Shown here: piece after piece, positions 11,239 through 21,572 of the stretch
Numbering within the stretch: position 1 is the stretch's first letter
Layout: each line of letters begins with the position of its first letter
Assembly: GCA_963745835.1 (NCBI GenBank)
Contig: CAVUZH010000022.1
Coordinates: forward strand, 384,001-448,000
DNA length: 64,000 nucleotides
From: an uncultured delta proteobacterium
GTDB lineage: Bacteria; Desulfobacterota; Binatia; UBA9968
Direction: 5' to 3'
Made by a program: the position numbers and the translations under genes
Notes under the pieces: model-generated
What the model was told of the DNA's origin: nothing
The model's input: only the letters and a program-made list of their open reading frames with translations
Databases searched by the model: none

Positions 11239-12192
11239 GTGTTTGAAGACCTTCCGCTGTTCCCTGTGCCAGCCTCGACCTTCGCCGGCCAAGTCGATGC
11301 GCTCTACTTCTCTTTAGTGGCGATGGCCACTTTTTTCGTCGCTCTGATATTCGGCACGGTGATTTACTTTACGGCTAAGTATCGGCGCCGCTCCGCGACC
11401 GAGCGGCCGCCGCCTATCCACATCGACATGCGCCTAGAAATTCTCTGGTCGATTGTCCCGTTGATTTTGGTCATGATCAGTTTCGGCTGGGGCGCCAGCC
11501 TGTTCGTGCATATGTCCCAAGCGCCGGAGGACGCCCTGGAACTGCGCGCGGTGGGACGCCAGTGGATGTGGAAGCTGCAACACCCAAGCGGTGCCCGAGA
11601 AATCAATCAAATGCATATTCCGGTGGGCAAGCCGGTCAAAGTTATCCTCGCCTCGGAAGATGTCATTCATAGTTTTTATGTGCCGGCCTTTCGCATCAAG
11701 ATGGACGTCGTTCCGGGCCGATATACCACGACTTGGTTCGAAGCCAACCGGGAAGGCGAGTTTCACCTGTTCTGCGCCGAATACTGCGGCACGCAACATT
11801 CCGGAATGATTGGCAGAGTGGTCGCCATGAAGCCTGTCGACTACCAGAGGTGGCTTACCTCGCAAGCCGGTGATGAACCGATTGCGGTCAGCGGCGAGCG
11901 GTTGTTTCAGCAACTCGGGTGTGAAACCTGCCATCAGACCACCTCCACGGCGCAGGGACCGACGTTGACCGGCCTGTTCGGACGTCAAGTCAAACTCGAG
12001 TCGGGCGAGTCCGTGCTGGCCGACGAGGCATACATCCGCGAATCGATCCTCAATCCCCACAACAAGATCGTCGCCGGATACCGGCCGATCATGCCGACCT
12101 ATCAAGGCCAGATCAGCGAAGATGCGCTGCATCAGATCATCGTCTATCTAAGAACGCTCGGCAGAGCGCCGGAGGAAAAGAACCCATCATGA
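11239..12192 (+). CDS. coxB: Cytochrome c oxidase subunit II with fused cytochrome c (caa3 type)
   Basis: DVIHSF, CuA motif [13 protein letters not shown]-terminal CETCH..MP. Confidence 0.96.
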   Translation: MFEDLPLFPVPASTFAGQVDALYFSLVAMATFFVALIFGTVIYFTAKYRRRSATERPPPIHIDMRLEILWSIVPLILVMISFGWGASLFVHMSQAPEDALELRAVGRQWMWKLQHPSGAREINQMHIPVGKPVKVILASEDVIHSFYVPAFRIKMDVVPGRYTTTWFEANREGEFHLFCAEYCGTQHSGMIGRVVAMKPVDYQRWLTSQAGDEPIAVSGERLFQQLGCETCHQTTSTAQGPTLTGLFGRQVKLESGESVLADEAYIRESILNPHNKIVAGYRPIMPTYQGQISEDALHQIIVYLRTLGRAPEEKNPS

Positions 12193-13826
12193 GTGTGATA
12201 GCCGAGACCACCGTCGCCGCACGAGCGCGTCCGCCGCGACGGCATTATTTGAACGTCAATTACGGCGTTCGTTCCTGGCTATTTACCGTCGATCACAAAC
12301 GCATCGCACTGCTGTATCTGGTTTCAATCACTTTATTCTTTTTCCTGGGCGGGGCCGCGGCGGTGATGTTTCGCCTGGAGTTACTCACGCCTCAAGCGGA
12401 TCTTTTCGAAGCCGAGACGTACAACAAACTGTTCACCCTGCACGGATTGGTGATGATCTTCTTTTTTCTGATTCCATCGATACCCGCGGTGCTGGGAAAT
12501 TTTCTCGTACCCTTGATGATCGGCGCGCGCGATTTGGCGTTCCCCAAGTTAAATCTCTTGAGTTGGTACGTGTTCATCATCGGCGGTCTGTTCACGTTGA
12601 TGGCCGCCATCATGGGAGGGGTCGATACCGGCTGGACCTTCTACACCCCGTACAGCAGCACCTACGCTAATAGTTACGTGGCCCTAACCGTGACAGGAGC
12701 TTTCATTACCGGCTTCTCCTCGATCCTGACCGGCCTGAACTTTATCGTCACGATTCACAAAATGCGGGCGCCGGGAATGACCTGGCTACGCTTGCCGCTT
12801 TTCATTTGGTCCCACTATGCCACCAGCCTGATCATGGTACTGGGCACTCCGGTTTTGGCAATCAGCCTGGTTCTAGTTGCCCTGGAGCGGTTGTTTCAGT
12901 TAGGCATCTTCGATCCGCGCTTAGGCGGCGATCCGGTACTGTTCCAGCATCTATTTTGGTTTTATTCCCATCCTGCGGTTTACATCATGATCCTTCCGGC
13001 AATGGGCGTGGTCAGCGAGATCGTTCCGTGCTTCTCGCGCAAGTGTATTTTCGGCTATACGTTTATCGCTTTCTCCAGCATTGCCATTGCAGTCCTTGGC
13101 TTCTTTGTCTGGGGTCACCACCTGTTCGTCAGCAGCCAATCAGTTTATGCCGGGTTGGTTTTTTCGTTTCTCAGTATGCTAGTGGCGATTCCGTCGGCGA
13201 TCAAGGTATTTAATTGGACGGCGACGCTGTACAAAGGCTCGATCGTTTATCGCACGCCGTTGTTTTACGCGCTCGGATTTATCGGGCTGTTCACAATTGG
13301 CGGGCTGACGGGAATATTCGTTGCCACTCTGCCGATCGACGTGCATGTCCATGACACCTATTTCATAGTCGCCCATTTTCACTACATCATGGTCGGGGGC
13401 GCCATCATGGGGTACCTCGGCGGGCTCCATTTCTGGTGGCCGAAGATTACCGGCAGGCTTTATCCGGAAGGATGGGCGCGCTTCTCCGCTCTGATTATCT
13501 TCGTCGGCTTTAACCTGACGTTTTTTCCGCAATTTATTCTGGGATATCTAGGCATGCCGCGGCGCTATGCCGCCTATCCTGACGAGTTTCAAGTGCTTAA
13601 CGTCATGTCATCGGCGGGCGCTTCAATCCTCGGGGTGGGCTACCTGATTCCGTTGATTTATTTCTTCTGGTCGATGCGCTATGGCCCATACGCCGGCGCC
13701 AATCCTTGGGATGCCAGAGGCTTGGAGTGGACCACTGCTTCGCCGCCGCCAACCGATAACTTCGAGCATAAGCCGCGAGTATCGCAACCGGCGTACGCCT
13801 ACGAGGAGGAGCAGAAAGTTGGCTGA
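12189..13826 (+). CDS. ctaD: Cytochrome c oxidase subunit I, A2 type
   Basis: [21 protein letters not shown] (YS motif of the A2 subfamily), [21 protein letters not shown]. Confidence 0.97.
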   Translation: MSVIAETTVAARARPPRRHYLNVNYGVRSWLFTVDHKRIALLYLVSITLFFFLGGAAAVMFRLELLTPQADLFEAETYNKLFTLHGLVMIFFFLIPSIPAVLGNFLVPLMIGARDLAFPKLNLLSWYVFIIGGLFTLMAAIMGGVDTGWTFYTPYSSTYANSYVALTVTGAFITGFSSILTGLNFIVTIHKMRAPGMTWLRLPLFIWSHYATSLIMVLGTPVLAISLVLVALERLFQLGIFDPRLGGDPVLFQHLFWFYSHPAVYIMILPAMGVVSEIVPCFSRKCIFGYTFIAFSSIAIAVLGFFVWGHHLFVSSQSVYAGLVFSFLSMLVAIPSAIKVFNWTATLYKGSIVYRTPLFYALGFIGLFTIGGLTGIFVATLPIDVHVHDTYFIVAHFHYIMVGGAIMGYLGGLHFWWPKITGRLYPEGWARFSALIIFVGFNLTFFPQFILGYLGMPRRYAAYPDEFQVLNVMSSAGASILGVGYLIPLIYFFWSMRYGPYAGANPWDARGLEWTTASPPPTDNFEHKPRVSQPAYAYEEEQKVG

Positions 13827-14466
13827 GATACATGGCGCCGCGCTGGCGCATCAATTCGACGATCCCGAGCAGCAGGTTGAAGCGTCAACTCTCGGCATGT
13901 GGACGTTTCTGGCTACGGAGATCCTCTTTTTCGGCGGCTTGTTTGTCGCTTACATCGTCTATCGCCTGTCCTACCCGCAGGCGTTCGCCGCTGCCAGCCA
14001 TCATCTTGATATTATCCTTGGCACGATCAACACAGGAGTCCTGATCGGCAGCAGCCTGACAATGGTCCTGGCGGTTTACAGCGCGCAAATGGGCCGACCG
14101 CGTGGCCAAATCCTATTTCTTGCGGCAACGTTAGCGCTGGGTCTGGTTTTCCTCGGCATCAAGGGTGTTGAGTACCAGCACAAATTTCATGAGCACCTGG
14201 TTCCCGGCGCCGACTTTCAATTTAGTGACGCCGATCCACGTCACGCGGCGATCTTTTTCTCGCTCTATTTCGCTATGACCGGCATGCATGCTCTTCACAT
14301 GGTGATCGGCGCCGGGCTGATTATCTGGATGGCACTGCGCGCCTGGCGCGGAGAATTTTCCGCGAGCTATTATACTCCGGTGGAAATGGTCGGCCTCTAC
14401 TGGCATTTCGTTGATATCGTATGGATTTTTCTCTTCCCTCTGCTTTACCTGATTGGACGGCACTGA
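13819..14466 (+). CDS. ctaE: Cytochrome c oxidase subunit III
   Basis: TTG 13819 after GAGGAG; [33 protein letters not shown]. Confidence 0.94.
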   Translation: MAEIHGAALAHQFDDPEQQVEASTLGMWTFLATEILFFGGLFVAYIVYRLSYPQAFAAASHHLDIILGTINTGVLIGSSLTMVLAVYSAQMGRPRGQILFLAATLALGLVFLGIKGVEYQHKFHEHLVPGADFQFSDADPRHAAIFFSLYFAMTGMHALHMVIGAGLIIWMALRAWRGEFSASYYTPVEMVGLYWHFVDIVWIFLFPLLYLIGRH

Positions 14467-14744
14467 TGGACTCCCACACAACAGCACGAAGAAACACTTA
14501 TTTTCTGGTATTCGGCGCGCTGCTGGTTCTTACCTTAGTCACCGCCGGAGTGGCCTTCATTAATCTCGGGCCGCTTAACACGCCGGTTGCACTGGGCATC
14601 GCCATGATCAAAGCGGCGCTGGTAATGATCTACTTCATGCATCTTAGACACAGCACTTTTCTGGTCCGTGTATTTGCCGGAGCCGGCCTTATATGGTTGC
14701 TGCATTTTATCACCTTCACTTTGAGTGATTATCTCACGCGCTGA
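14466..14744 (+). CDS. ctaF: Cytochrome c oxidase subunit IV
   Basis: TGATG coupling; three TM helices; KAALVMIYFMHL. Confidence 0.9.
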   Translation: MDSHTTARRNTYFLVFGALLVLTLVTAGVAFINLGPLNTPVALGIAMIKAALVMIYFMHLRHSTFLVRVFAGAGLIWLLHFITFTLSDYLTR

Positions 14745-14887
14745 CGCAGCGCCTTGCCATTTCCCAGCGTGCTGCTACCATTTCTCGTCGGTTTGATGCA
14801 GTTGTAAGGATCTGCCTTGTCTGATTCTGATACCTACATATAATCAATGCGCGGAGGGCTGGCTCTAAACTGTCGGTTCGATCACCG

Positions 14888-15622
14888 TTGAAACTGCACA
14901 AAGTCAAAGAAACGAGCACGCTATTTTCCGCGGTTAGCTACAACATTCATCAGTGCGTCGGTATCGATCGCCAGCGCAGGCCGGCAAGGATTGCTCAAGT
15001 TCTTAATGAACTCGATGCCGATGTGATCGGCCTGCAGGAAGTCCACTCTGAAAACAATGGCACCGGGGAGTCGCACCAGATGCAGTATCTGGCCGAGGCT
15101 ACAGGACGGATCGCCATCGCCGGACCGATGATCGCCCGAGCTAATGGCGAGTACGGCAACGTCTTGCTGTCGCGTCATCCGGTGATCAATGCGCGTCGCC
15201 TCGACTTGAGTGTTCCCGGGAGAGAAGCGCGCGGCGCCATCGACGTCGATATCGATACCGGCAATGGCGTACTGCGGGTGATTGTTTCTCACCTGGGATT
15301 GCGGGTACGCGAGCGCATCTACCAAACCAAACGTCTCCTGGGCGGTATCGCTAAAGAAGCCACCACGCCGGTGATTGTCCTGCTCGATTTCAACGAGTGG
15401 TTCCCCTGGGGCTTTCCCATTCTCCGCTTCAATGAAGAGTTCGGCAAAGCACCCTCCTTACGAACCTTCCCCTCGCCTGCGCCGATCTTTTCGCTCGATA
15501 GAATCTGGGTCAAACCGCAGCGAGCGCTGATCAGCGTGCGCCGCTGCATCACCCCGCTGACTCGAGTCGCATCAGATCATCTGCCGCTGCACGCCTGCAT
15601 CGACATTAATCGAAAAGAATAG
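14888..15622 (+). CDS. Endonuclease/exonuclease/phosphatase family protein
   Basis: SYNIH, LQEV, DFNEW, LDRIW, SDHLP motifs. Confidence 0.9.
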   Translation: MKLHKVKETSTLFSAVSYNIHQCVGIDRQRRPARIAQVLNELDADVIGLQEVHSENNGTGESHQMQYLAEATGRIAIAGPMIARANGEYGNVLLSRHPVINARRLDLSVPGREARGAIDVDIDTGNGVLRVIVSHLGLRVRERIYQTKRLLGGIAKEATTPVIVLLDFNEWFPWGFPILRFNEEFGKAPSLRTFPSPAPIFSLDRIWVKPQRALISVRRCITPLTRVASDHLPLHACIDINRKE

Positions 15623-15691
15623 CTCACCGGAGATTGCTCCGTTGACGGGGGGCGCACTCATGAGCATCCATGATCTTTGAATGATCGATTG

Positions 15692-15743
15692 TCGTCCCAG
15701 TTCTGCATGCGAGCTTTGCGCGCTCGTACCGGCTTTGGGACGA
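15692..15743. promoter_or_regulatory. Candidate upstream activator site (TCGTCCCA-N36-TGGGACGA)
   Basis: 8-bp inverted repeat about 70 bp upstream of a sigma-54 motif; same core and spacing at 20448 and 46497. Confidence 0.45.
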
Positions 15744-15812
15744 GGAATCGGCGCTGGCGAGACACGCAAGGATAACGTGGGGCAAACATCGAGTGTGAAA
15801 ACACCGGCTCCG

Positions 15813-15827
15813 TGGCATATTTCTTGC
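15813..15827 (+). promoter_or_regulatory. Sigma-54 -24/-12 promoter
   Basis: TGGCATATTTCTTGC (GG-N10-GC), intergenic, upstream of the BON gene. Confidence 0.75.
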
Positions 15828-15866
15828 CCCTAGTAATTTAATTACGACAGATCCCGGAGCGTTTTC

Positions 15867-16248
15867 ATGATCAGGAAATCACTGGCAGTGTTTATTGTTC
15901 CTGGCGATCGCAGCGGTTGCCTGCAACAGATCCGGTGATTCCGACAACAAAGCACCTACCCTCAGCGAAACGACAGTGATGGTGCGGAGCAACGCGGACC
16001 TCGAGAGTGCAGTTAAAGCGAAGTTCAAAGCCGACGAACAGTTGAGATCGGCGGATCTTGGCGTCAGCGCTAATTCGACTAACAATGAGATTACTCTCTC
16101 AGGGTCAGTTGAATCTGAGGCGTTGCGTTCCAAAGCAGTCGATCTGGCTAAGAGCGTCGATTCAGGATTGACCGTGAACGATCAAATCGAAGTAAAACCA
16201 AGTGGCCGCACCGCAACTGTTCTTCCAAACCAGCAGCACCATGGCTGA
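15867..16248 (+). CDS. BON-domain (OsmY-like) lipoprotein (indel in signal peptide near 15891)
   Basis: GGAG then ATG 15867 MIRKSLAV, continuing LFLAIAAVAC lipobox in the next frame; BON motif ITLSGSV..A..LAKSV..V.DQI. Confidence 0.8.
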
Positions 16249-17347
16249 ACGAGCTAAAATCAGATACGCCGTGGTCGGCCTCGGGCACATCGCGCAAGTT
16301 GCCGTCTTGCCTGCATTCGCTCACGCCCGCCAGAATTCCCAGCTCACCACCTTGGTGTCGGATGATCCGGTCAAGCATGAAAAACTCCGCAGTAAATACA
16401 AAATCCAACATAGTTACTCGTATGAGGAGTATGACAAGTGCTTGAGCAGCGGCGCTATCGATGCCGTGTATATCGCGCTGCCTAACAACCTCCACTGTGA
16501 CTTTACCGTGCGCGCGGCACGAGCCGGCATCCATGTTCTCTGTGAAAAGCCGATGGCGGTGACTGAAGATGACTGCGAGAAGATGATTTCGGCCGCCGAA
16601 AAGGGCGGAGTGAAGCTAATGATTGCCTACCGCCTTCATTTCGAGAAGGCCAATCTTGAAGCGGTCGAGATTGCGCGTTCCGGCAAACTAGGTGAGCCGC
16701 GATTCTTCTCGTCCGTGTTTGCAATGCAAGTAAAGGAAGATAACATTCGGCTGAAACGAGAGCTCGGCGGCGGCACGCTCTACGATATCGGCGTGTACTG
16801 CATCAATGCAGCGCGCTCCCTGTATCAGGCCGAGCCGTCGGAAGTCCACGCGTTCAGCATCAGCGGTAAAGACCCGCGCTTCGGGGAAATCGATGAGATG
16901 ACCGGCGCGGTTTTGCGTTTTCCCGAAGGGCGCTTAGCATCATTCACCTGCAGCTTTGGAGCCGCGGATGTATCGGCCTATGAGCTGGTCGGCACCGAGG
17001 GTAGCCTGCATGTTGAACCGGCTTACGAGTATGTTGGAGAGCTCAAGCACCGGCTCACCGTCAAAGGCAAAACCCGCGAACGGACTTTTTCCAGCCGTGA
17101 TCAATTTGCCCCGGAGCTAATCTATTTTTCCAACTGCATTATCAATAATGTCGATCCGGAACCATCCGGAGCGGAAGGATTGGCCGATGTGCGCGTTATC
17201 CGCGCACTATACCGTTCGGCGGAAATCGGCAGCGTCGTAGAACTGGAACCCTATATCAAACGGCAGAGACCGGGAATCGAACAGGAGATCAGCCGGCCTC
17301 CGGTAGACAAACCCGAGCTGGTAAACGTACAGAGCGCATCGGAGTAA
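16241..17347 (+). CDS. Gfo/Idh/MocA oxidoreductase, glucose-fructose-oxidoreductase-like
   Basis: YAVVGLGHIA, DAVYIALPN, HVLCEKPMA, GGGTLYDIGVY. Confidence 0.9.
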   Translation: MAERAKIRYAVVGLGHIAQVAVLPAFAHARQNSQLTTLVSDDPVKHEKLRSKYKIQHSYSYEEYDKCLSSGAIDAVYIALPNNLHCDFTVRAARAGIHVLCEKPMAVTEDDCEKMISAAEKGGVKLMIAYRLHFEKANLEAVEIARSGKLGEPRFFSSVFAMQVKEDNIRLKRELGGGTLYDIGVYCINAARSLYQAEPSEVHAFSISGKDPRFGEIDEMTGAVLRFPEGRLASFTCSFGAADVSAYELVGTEGSLHVEPAYEYVGELKHRLTVKGKTRERTFSSRDQFAPELIYFSNCIINNVDPEPSGAEGLADVRVIRALYRSAEIGSVVELEPYIKRQRPGIEQEISRPPVDKPELVNVQSASE

Positions 17348-17382
17348 AACAACCAATTGTCACTTAAGAATGGAGGAACGAT

Positions 17383-18035
17383 ATGCCTAATGCAACTCAG
17401 ATGATTCGTCAGGACCACAAGAAAGTCGAAGGGTTGTTTAAAAAATTTGAGCAGACCCAAGGGTCGCAAGCCAAACGCCGGTTGGCTGAGAATGCCATGG
17501 CTGAGCTCGAAGTTCATGCTGCTCTCGAGGAGGAAATCTTCTACCCCGCGGTGAAAAATGAAGTCGATGACGGCTCGTCGATGGTCCAGGAGGCGATCGA
17601 GGAACACCAAACCGTCAAACAACTGATCAGCGAGCTTAAGAGGATGGAAGAAGCGGACCAAGAATTCGAATCGCAATTCTCCCAGCTAATGGAAAATGTG
17701 CAGCACCATGTTGAGGAGGAAGAGAGCGAAATGTTGCCCAAGGTTGAAGAGAGCGAGCTCGATCTAAACTCGCTGGGTCAGCAGATGTCGCAAAGAAAGC
17801 AGGAAATGCAGAACGGCGGTCGCGCAACTAAGAAGGCATCGAGTGCCAGATCGCCGGAAGATCCAATGCCGGATCCCGCCGGAAACGCGCCGGTTCCAAG
17901 TCCACAGCAGCCCGGAAGTCCGCGGGCAAAAAGGCAGGTAGCAAGACTGCAGCGCGTAAGACCGGCAGCACGAAAAAGAGCACCGGGCGCAAGGCGACTA
18001 AAAAATCAGGAAGCCGCTCCAGGCGGCGAGCTTAA
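17383..18035 (+). CDS. Hemerythrin/HHE-domain protein with basic tail (tail in -1 frame after about 17852; in-frame reading ends at 18075)
   Basis: GGAGG RBS; DHKKV, HAALEEEIFYP, EEHQ, HHVEEEE motifs. Confidence 0.85.
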
Positions 18036-18161
18036 AAAAGAGGCACATTCCGCTAGCACTGCCGCCGATAAATAGCGCCCCAAAGCGGACAATCATCGAC
18101 TTGCGCCGCAGCCGACAATTTGGCTATAAGCGGTGATGAGTTCACTGTGAAAGGAGGATTT

Positions 18162-18716
18162 ATGGCTGATAAGCCTTTTTTGACCGATATCAAGACGCTC
18201 CGAGAGCGGGCGCGTCAACACATCGAACAAGGCGCCATCACGCCGGGTTACAAAGCCGATCGCGACACCGTCGTTAAACTACTCAATGAAGCGTTAGCGA
18301 CGGAGATCGTGTGCACACTGCGCTACAAGCGACACTATTACATGGCTTCGGGAATCCATGCTCAGGCAGTGGCCCAGGAGTTTCTCGAGCACGCCAACCA
18401 AGAACAGGGACATGCCGATCAAATCGCCCAGCGTATCGTTCAGCTCGGCGGCGCTCCTGACTTATCGCCCGATGGCCTAACGACCCGCAGTCACGCAGAG
18501 TATGTCGAAGGCGAAACCCTCCTCGACATGATTAAAGAGGATCTGGTAGCCGAGCGCATTGCCATCGACAGCTATCGGGAGATGGCGCACTATATGGGCG
18601 AAAATGACTCCACCAGCCGTCGATTGATGGAAGAGATCTTGGCGGTCGAAGAAGAGCACGCTGACGATCTCGTCACACTATTACAAGAGTTGGGCACGGA
18701 TCACGGATCGAAATAA
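18162..18716 (+). CDS. Ferritin-like/bacterioferritin-family protein
   Basis: AAGGAGG RBS; LNEALATE..Y..H, EQGHAD, EDLVAERIAI, EEEHADDL di-iron ligands. Confidence 0.9.
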   Translation: MADKPFLTDIKTLRERARQHIEQGAITPGYKADRDTVVKLLNEALATEIVCTLRYKRHYYMASGIHAQAVAQEFLEHANQEQGHADQIAQRIVQLGGAPDLSPDGLTTRSHAEYVEGETLLDMIKEDLVAERIAIDSYREMAHYMGENDSTSRRLMEEILAVEEEHADDLVTLLQELGTDHGSK

Positions 18717-18769
18717 AATACTAAACTGTTCAATCGGCTAGACAAACTCAACAGAAGAAAGGAACTACT

Positions 18770-19030
18770 ATGTTTGGATGGATTGGATGGATTATCTTCG
18801 GACTGATTGTCGGAATCGTCGGGAAGTTCTTGATGCCAGGGCGCGATCCCGGTGGATTTATCGTTACGATTCTGTTAGGCATTGCCGGCGCCTTGCTGGG
18901 CGGCTTCGTCGGGCGTGCTCTCGGGTTCTATCAAGAAGGGGAGCCAGCCGGCTTCATCATGGCGGTGATCGGTGCGATCATTTTGCTGGCGATCTATCGC
19001 GCGGTAGTCGGGCGACGGCGCACTGTTTAA
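18770..19030 (+). CDS. GlsB/YeaQ/YmgE (transglycosylase-associated) membrane protein
   Basis: WIIFGLIVG..LMPGRDPGG..GIAGALLGG..AVIGAIILL. Confidence 0.92.
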   Translation: MFGWIGWIIFGLIVGIVGKFLMPGRDPGGFIVTILLGIAGALLGGFVGRALGFYQEGEPAGFIMAVIGAIILLAIYRAVVGRRRTV

Positions 19031-19053
19031 CCGCGGCCGTTAACCCGTTCTTC

Positions 19054-19133
19054 GTTCGACGTTCAGGCTCAAGGCTCAATCGGTGACGGCTCTAAAAGGC
19101 TGACGTTTGAGCCTTGAACTTCTAACGTTCAAC
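19054..19133. repeat. Imperfect inverted repeat built of heptamer units; possible terminator or REP-like element
   Basis: Perfect core TCAAGGCTCAA (19069-19079) / TTGAGCCTTGA (19107-19117), just after the GlsB stop. Confidence 0.5.
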
Positions 19134-19198
19134 GCCCATAGCTTTCCAATTAGGCCTCCATCAAGTGGGTTTTCTGGCAGGCCATCGGATAATTTTGC

Positions 19199-20152
19199 AT
19201 GCTCAAAATCGGATATAAGCTGTCGAGCGAGGAGCATCGGCCACAGGATTTAATCGCTCAAGCACGGCGAGCCGAACAATGCGGATTCAGGTTCGCGATG
19301 ATTTCCGATCACTTTCATCCATGGATCGATGCGCAGGGACAGAGCCCGTTTGTATGGCCGGTGATTGGTGCGATCGCTCAAGTGACCAGCAAACTGCTGC
19401 TAGGCACCGCAGTGACTTGTCCGACCATCAGAATACATCCCGGCATCATTGCGCAAGCGGCGGCTACGGCCGCTTCCATGATGCCGGGGCGCTTCATCCT
19501 CGGTTTGGGAGCAGGGGAAAATCTTAATGAACATATCTTTGGGGATCGGTGGCCGCCGGTGCGCATTCGCCATGCCATGCTTAAGGAAGCCGTGGAAATC
19601 ATCCGCTTGCTTTGGCGCGGAAAGCAGGAAAATTTCTCCGGCGAGTATTACCAGGTAGAGAACGCGCGCCTCTATACCTTACCGGATGAGCTGCCACCAA
19701 TTGCACTCGCCGCCAGTGGCTCAAACGCGGCCAAGCTGGCGGCAGAAATCGGCGATGGTTTTGTCGGCACTACCCCCAATGCGGAGATAATCGATGTTTT
19801 CAATCGCTCGGCCGGCAGCGGAAAACCACGATACGGCGAGCTCACCGTCTGCTGGGCCGAAAACCAAAATCAAGCTGAGGAGACCGCGTACAAGGAGTGG
19901 CCGATCTCAGGACTGAGTGGGCCGCTGATGTCCGAGTTGGCGCTGCCGAATTATTTCGAACAAGCAGCCACTATGATCGACAAAGGCGCAGTGGCAAAAA
20001 CTGTCATCTGCGGACCCGATCCCGAACGTCACTGGGAAGCAATTCAGGAGTATGAGCGCGCCGGTTACGATCATGTTTTTGTCCATCAGGTGGGTGCCGA
20101 TCAGGAAGGCTTTTTTCAATTCTACGAGCGAGAGATTCTGCCGCGGCTCTAG
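19199..20152 (+). CDS. LLM-class F420-dependent oxidoreductase (G6PDH-like family)
   Basis: GYKLSSEE, SDHFHPW..QGQSP, GTAVTCP, GLGAGENLNEH. Confidence 0.88.
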   Translation: MLKIGYKLSSEEHRPQDLIAQARRAEQCGFRFAMISDHFHPWIDAQGQSPFVWPVIGAIAQVTSKLLLGTAVTCPTIRIHPGIIAQAAATAASMMPGRFILGLGAGENLNEHIFGDRWPPVRIRHAMLKEAVEIIRLLWRGKQENFSGEYYQVENARLYTLPDELPPIALAASGSNAAKLAAEIGDGFVGTTPNAEIIDVFNRSAGSGKPRYGELTVCWAENQNQAEETAYKEWPISGLSGPLMSELALPNYFEQAATMIDKGAVAKTVICGPDPERHWEAIQEYERAGYDHVFVHQVGADQEGFFQFYEREILPRL

Positions 20153-20447
20153 TTCGTGCCAGCATAATACTCGCCTGCAACCCTCGTCCTTGATGTAGAA
20201 GGTCTTGCGACTGAGTAACTTTATCAACTACTCGGTTCGGTTAATCTGCGCGGTTCCACACGCCCCTCGCGAGCTAAAGCGTCAAGCTCCTCAAGATTTC
20301 GGCGCAGCTTTGTCTCCGGCAATTGCCAATCTGAAAATACCGGCCCAATGTCGCTACCGTATCACGGGTGTGCTAACTCGCGGAGCGCGCCACCCTAGAT
20401 CAGCCACATTCGTTGCGCTTCTTGTTCAAACCTATCGTAAAACCTTC

Positions 20448-20495
20448 GTCCCGTTTGCGAAAGGCACTTGCTGCTGCTTTACCCGGATTCGGGAC
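20448..20495. promoter_or_regulatory. Candidate upstream activator site (GTCCC-N38-GGGAC)
   Basis: Same core, spacing and distance (about 70 bp) to the sigma-54 motif as at 15694-15741. Confidence 0.45.
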
Positions 20496-20565
20496 ATAAT
20501 TCGCCGTAAAGATCGGACCCTCGACGGGCATCATCGAGAATGCAACACTATTATTTCTATATACG

Positions 20566-20580
20566 TGGCATATCGGTTGC
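20566..20580 (+). promoter_or_regulatory. Sigma-54 -24/-12 promoter
   Basis: TGGCATATCGGTTGC, 50 nt upstream of ATG 20631. Confidence 0.75.
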
Positions 20581-20630
20581 ACAAACGCTGACGGACGCAA
20601 CGCCACAAATCGTAGAAAGGAGAAAAACTG

Positions 20631-21419
20631 ATGCATCGAAAACTGTTGATTTTATCCGGTATCGTTTTTAGCGGTACGATTGCACTCAACGGCAATCTGG
20701 TATGGTCACAAACCAAAGGCTCGAGCGGGTCGCCGGGCCCTGCAGGACAGGAAAGTTCGGACAGACCGTCGAGCCAAAAGGGCAGCAGCGCGTCCTCGGC
20801 ACCATCAAGCAGTCAGGATAAAAGTGGTTCTGCTACAGGATCAAGCAAATCCGGTAGCGGGAGTCAGATGGATCGGGCAGGAGGCAGCGGCAGCATGAGC
20901 GGACAATCCAGCGCGCGAGGTATGGGCGGACAATCCAGCGAAAACATCAAGCAGGTTCAGGAAGCGCTAAAAAACAAGGGACACGATCCAGGTCCGGCAG
21001 ACGGAGTGATGGGACCCAAAACGCAGCAAGCTCTGCGTGCCTTTCAAAAAGAGAGTGGTATGCAGGCAACTGGACGCCTCGACGATAAGACCGCCAGCGC
21101 ACTTGGAGTGGATGCTTCGGGTAGCGGAAAAGGTTCCTCGTCCAGCGGAGCTTCGTCGAGCAGCGACAAAAGCTCGTCGGGAAGCGGAGCTTCTTCATCG
21201 GGGCGTAGCTCGTCGAGCGAGAAGTCATCCTCTGGCGGGTCCTCTACTAGCCCGTCAAGCAGTGGATCTTCCGGCAGCTCATTGGGCACCGGCGGTTCAT
21301 CGGGGAGCGACGCTTCGGGCAGCGGCTCATCTAAAAGCGGTTCCGGCGGATCGTCGAGTGGCGGCTCATCCAAGAGTGATTCCAGCAGCGGATCGAGCAG
21401 TGGCTCTTCCGGCAAATAA
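20631..21419 (+). CDS. Secreted peptidoglycan-binding (PG_binding_1) protein with Ser/Gly-rich low-complexity arms
   Basis: AAGGAG RBS; signal peptide; VQEALKNKGHDPGPADGVMGPKTQQALRAFQ..TGRLD. Confidence 0.88.
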   Translation: MHRKLLILSGIVFSGTIALNGNLVWSQTKGSSGSPGPAGQESSDRPSSQKGSSASSAPSSSQDKSGSATGSSKSGSGSQMDRAGGSGSMSGQSSARGMGGQSSENIKQVQEALKNKGHDPGPADGVMGPKTQQALRAFQKESGMQATGRLDDKTASALGVDASGSGKGSSSSGASSSSDKSSSGSGASSSGRSSSSEKSSSGGSSTSPSSSGSSGSSLGTGGSSGSDASGSGSSKSGSGGSSSGGSSKSDSSSGSSSGSSGK

Positions 21420-21572
21420 TCGTCGAGTACGAAGTCATGAGGTGATAAGCGCGTGGCGTTGCGTTTATCTCTACTTGGCTCCAGTCGACTGGCGCCAATC
21501 AGCCTACACAAGCAGGGAGGCCCAAGGCTTCCCTGCTGTAGCTTTGCAGCTCTCAAGCACTGAAATGTTTTC

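Noticed and set aside
20153-20440. Intergenic ORFs or ncRNA here, and at 38640-39030, 41840-42330 and 46560-47000
   Set aside because: No RBS, motif or recognisable RNA structure; an ncRNA cannot be excluded without covariance-model searches.
21100-21419. Repetitive DNA as a CRISPR array or tandem repeat
   Set aside because: It is Ser/Gly low-complexity coding sequence with no fixed repeat-spacer structure.
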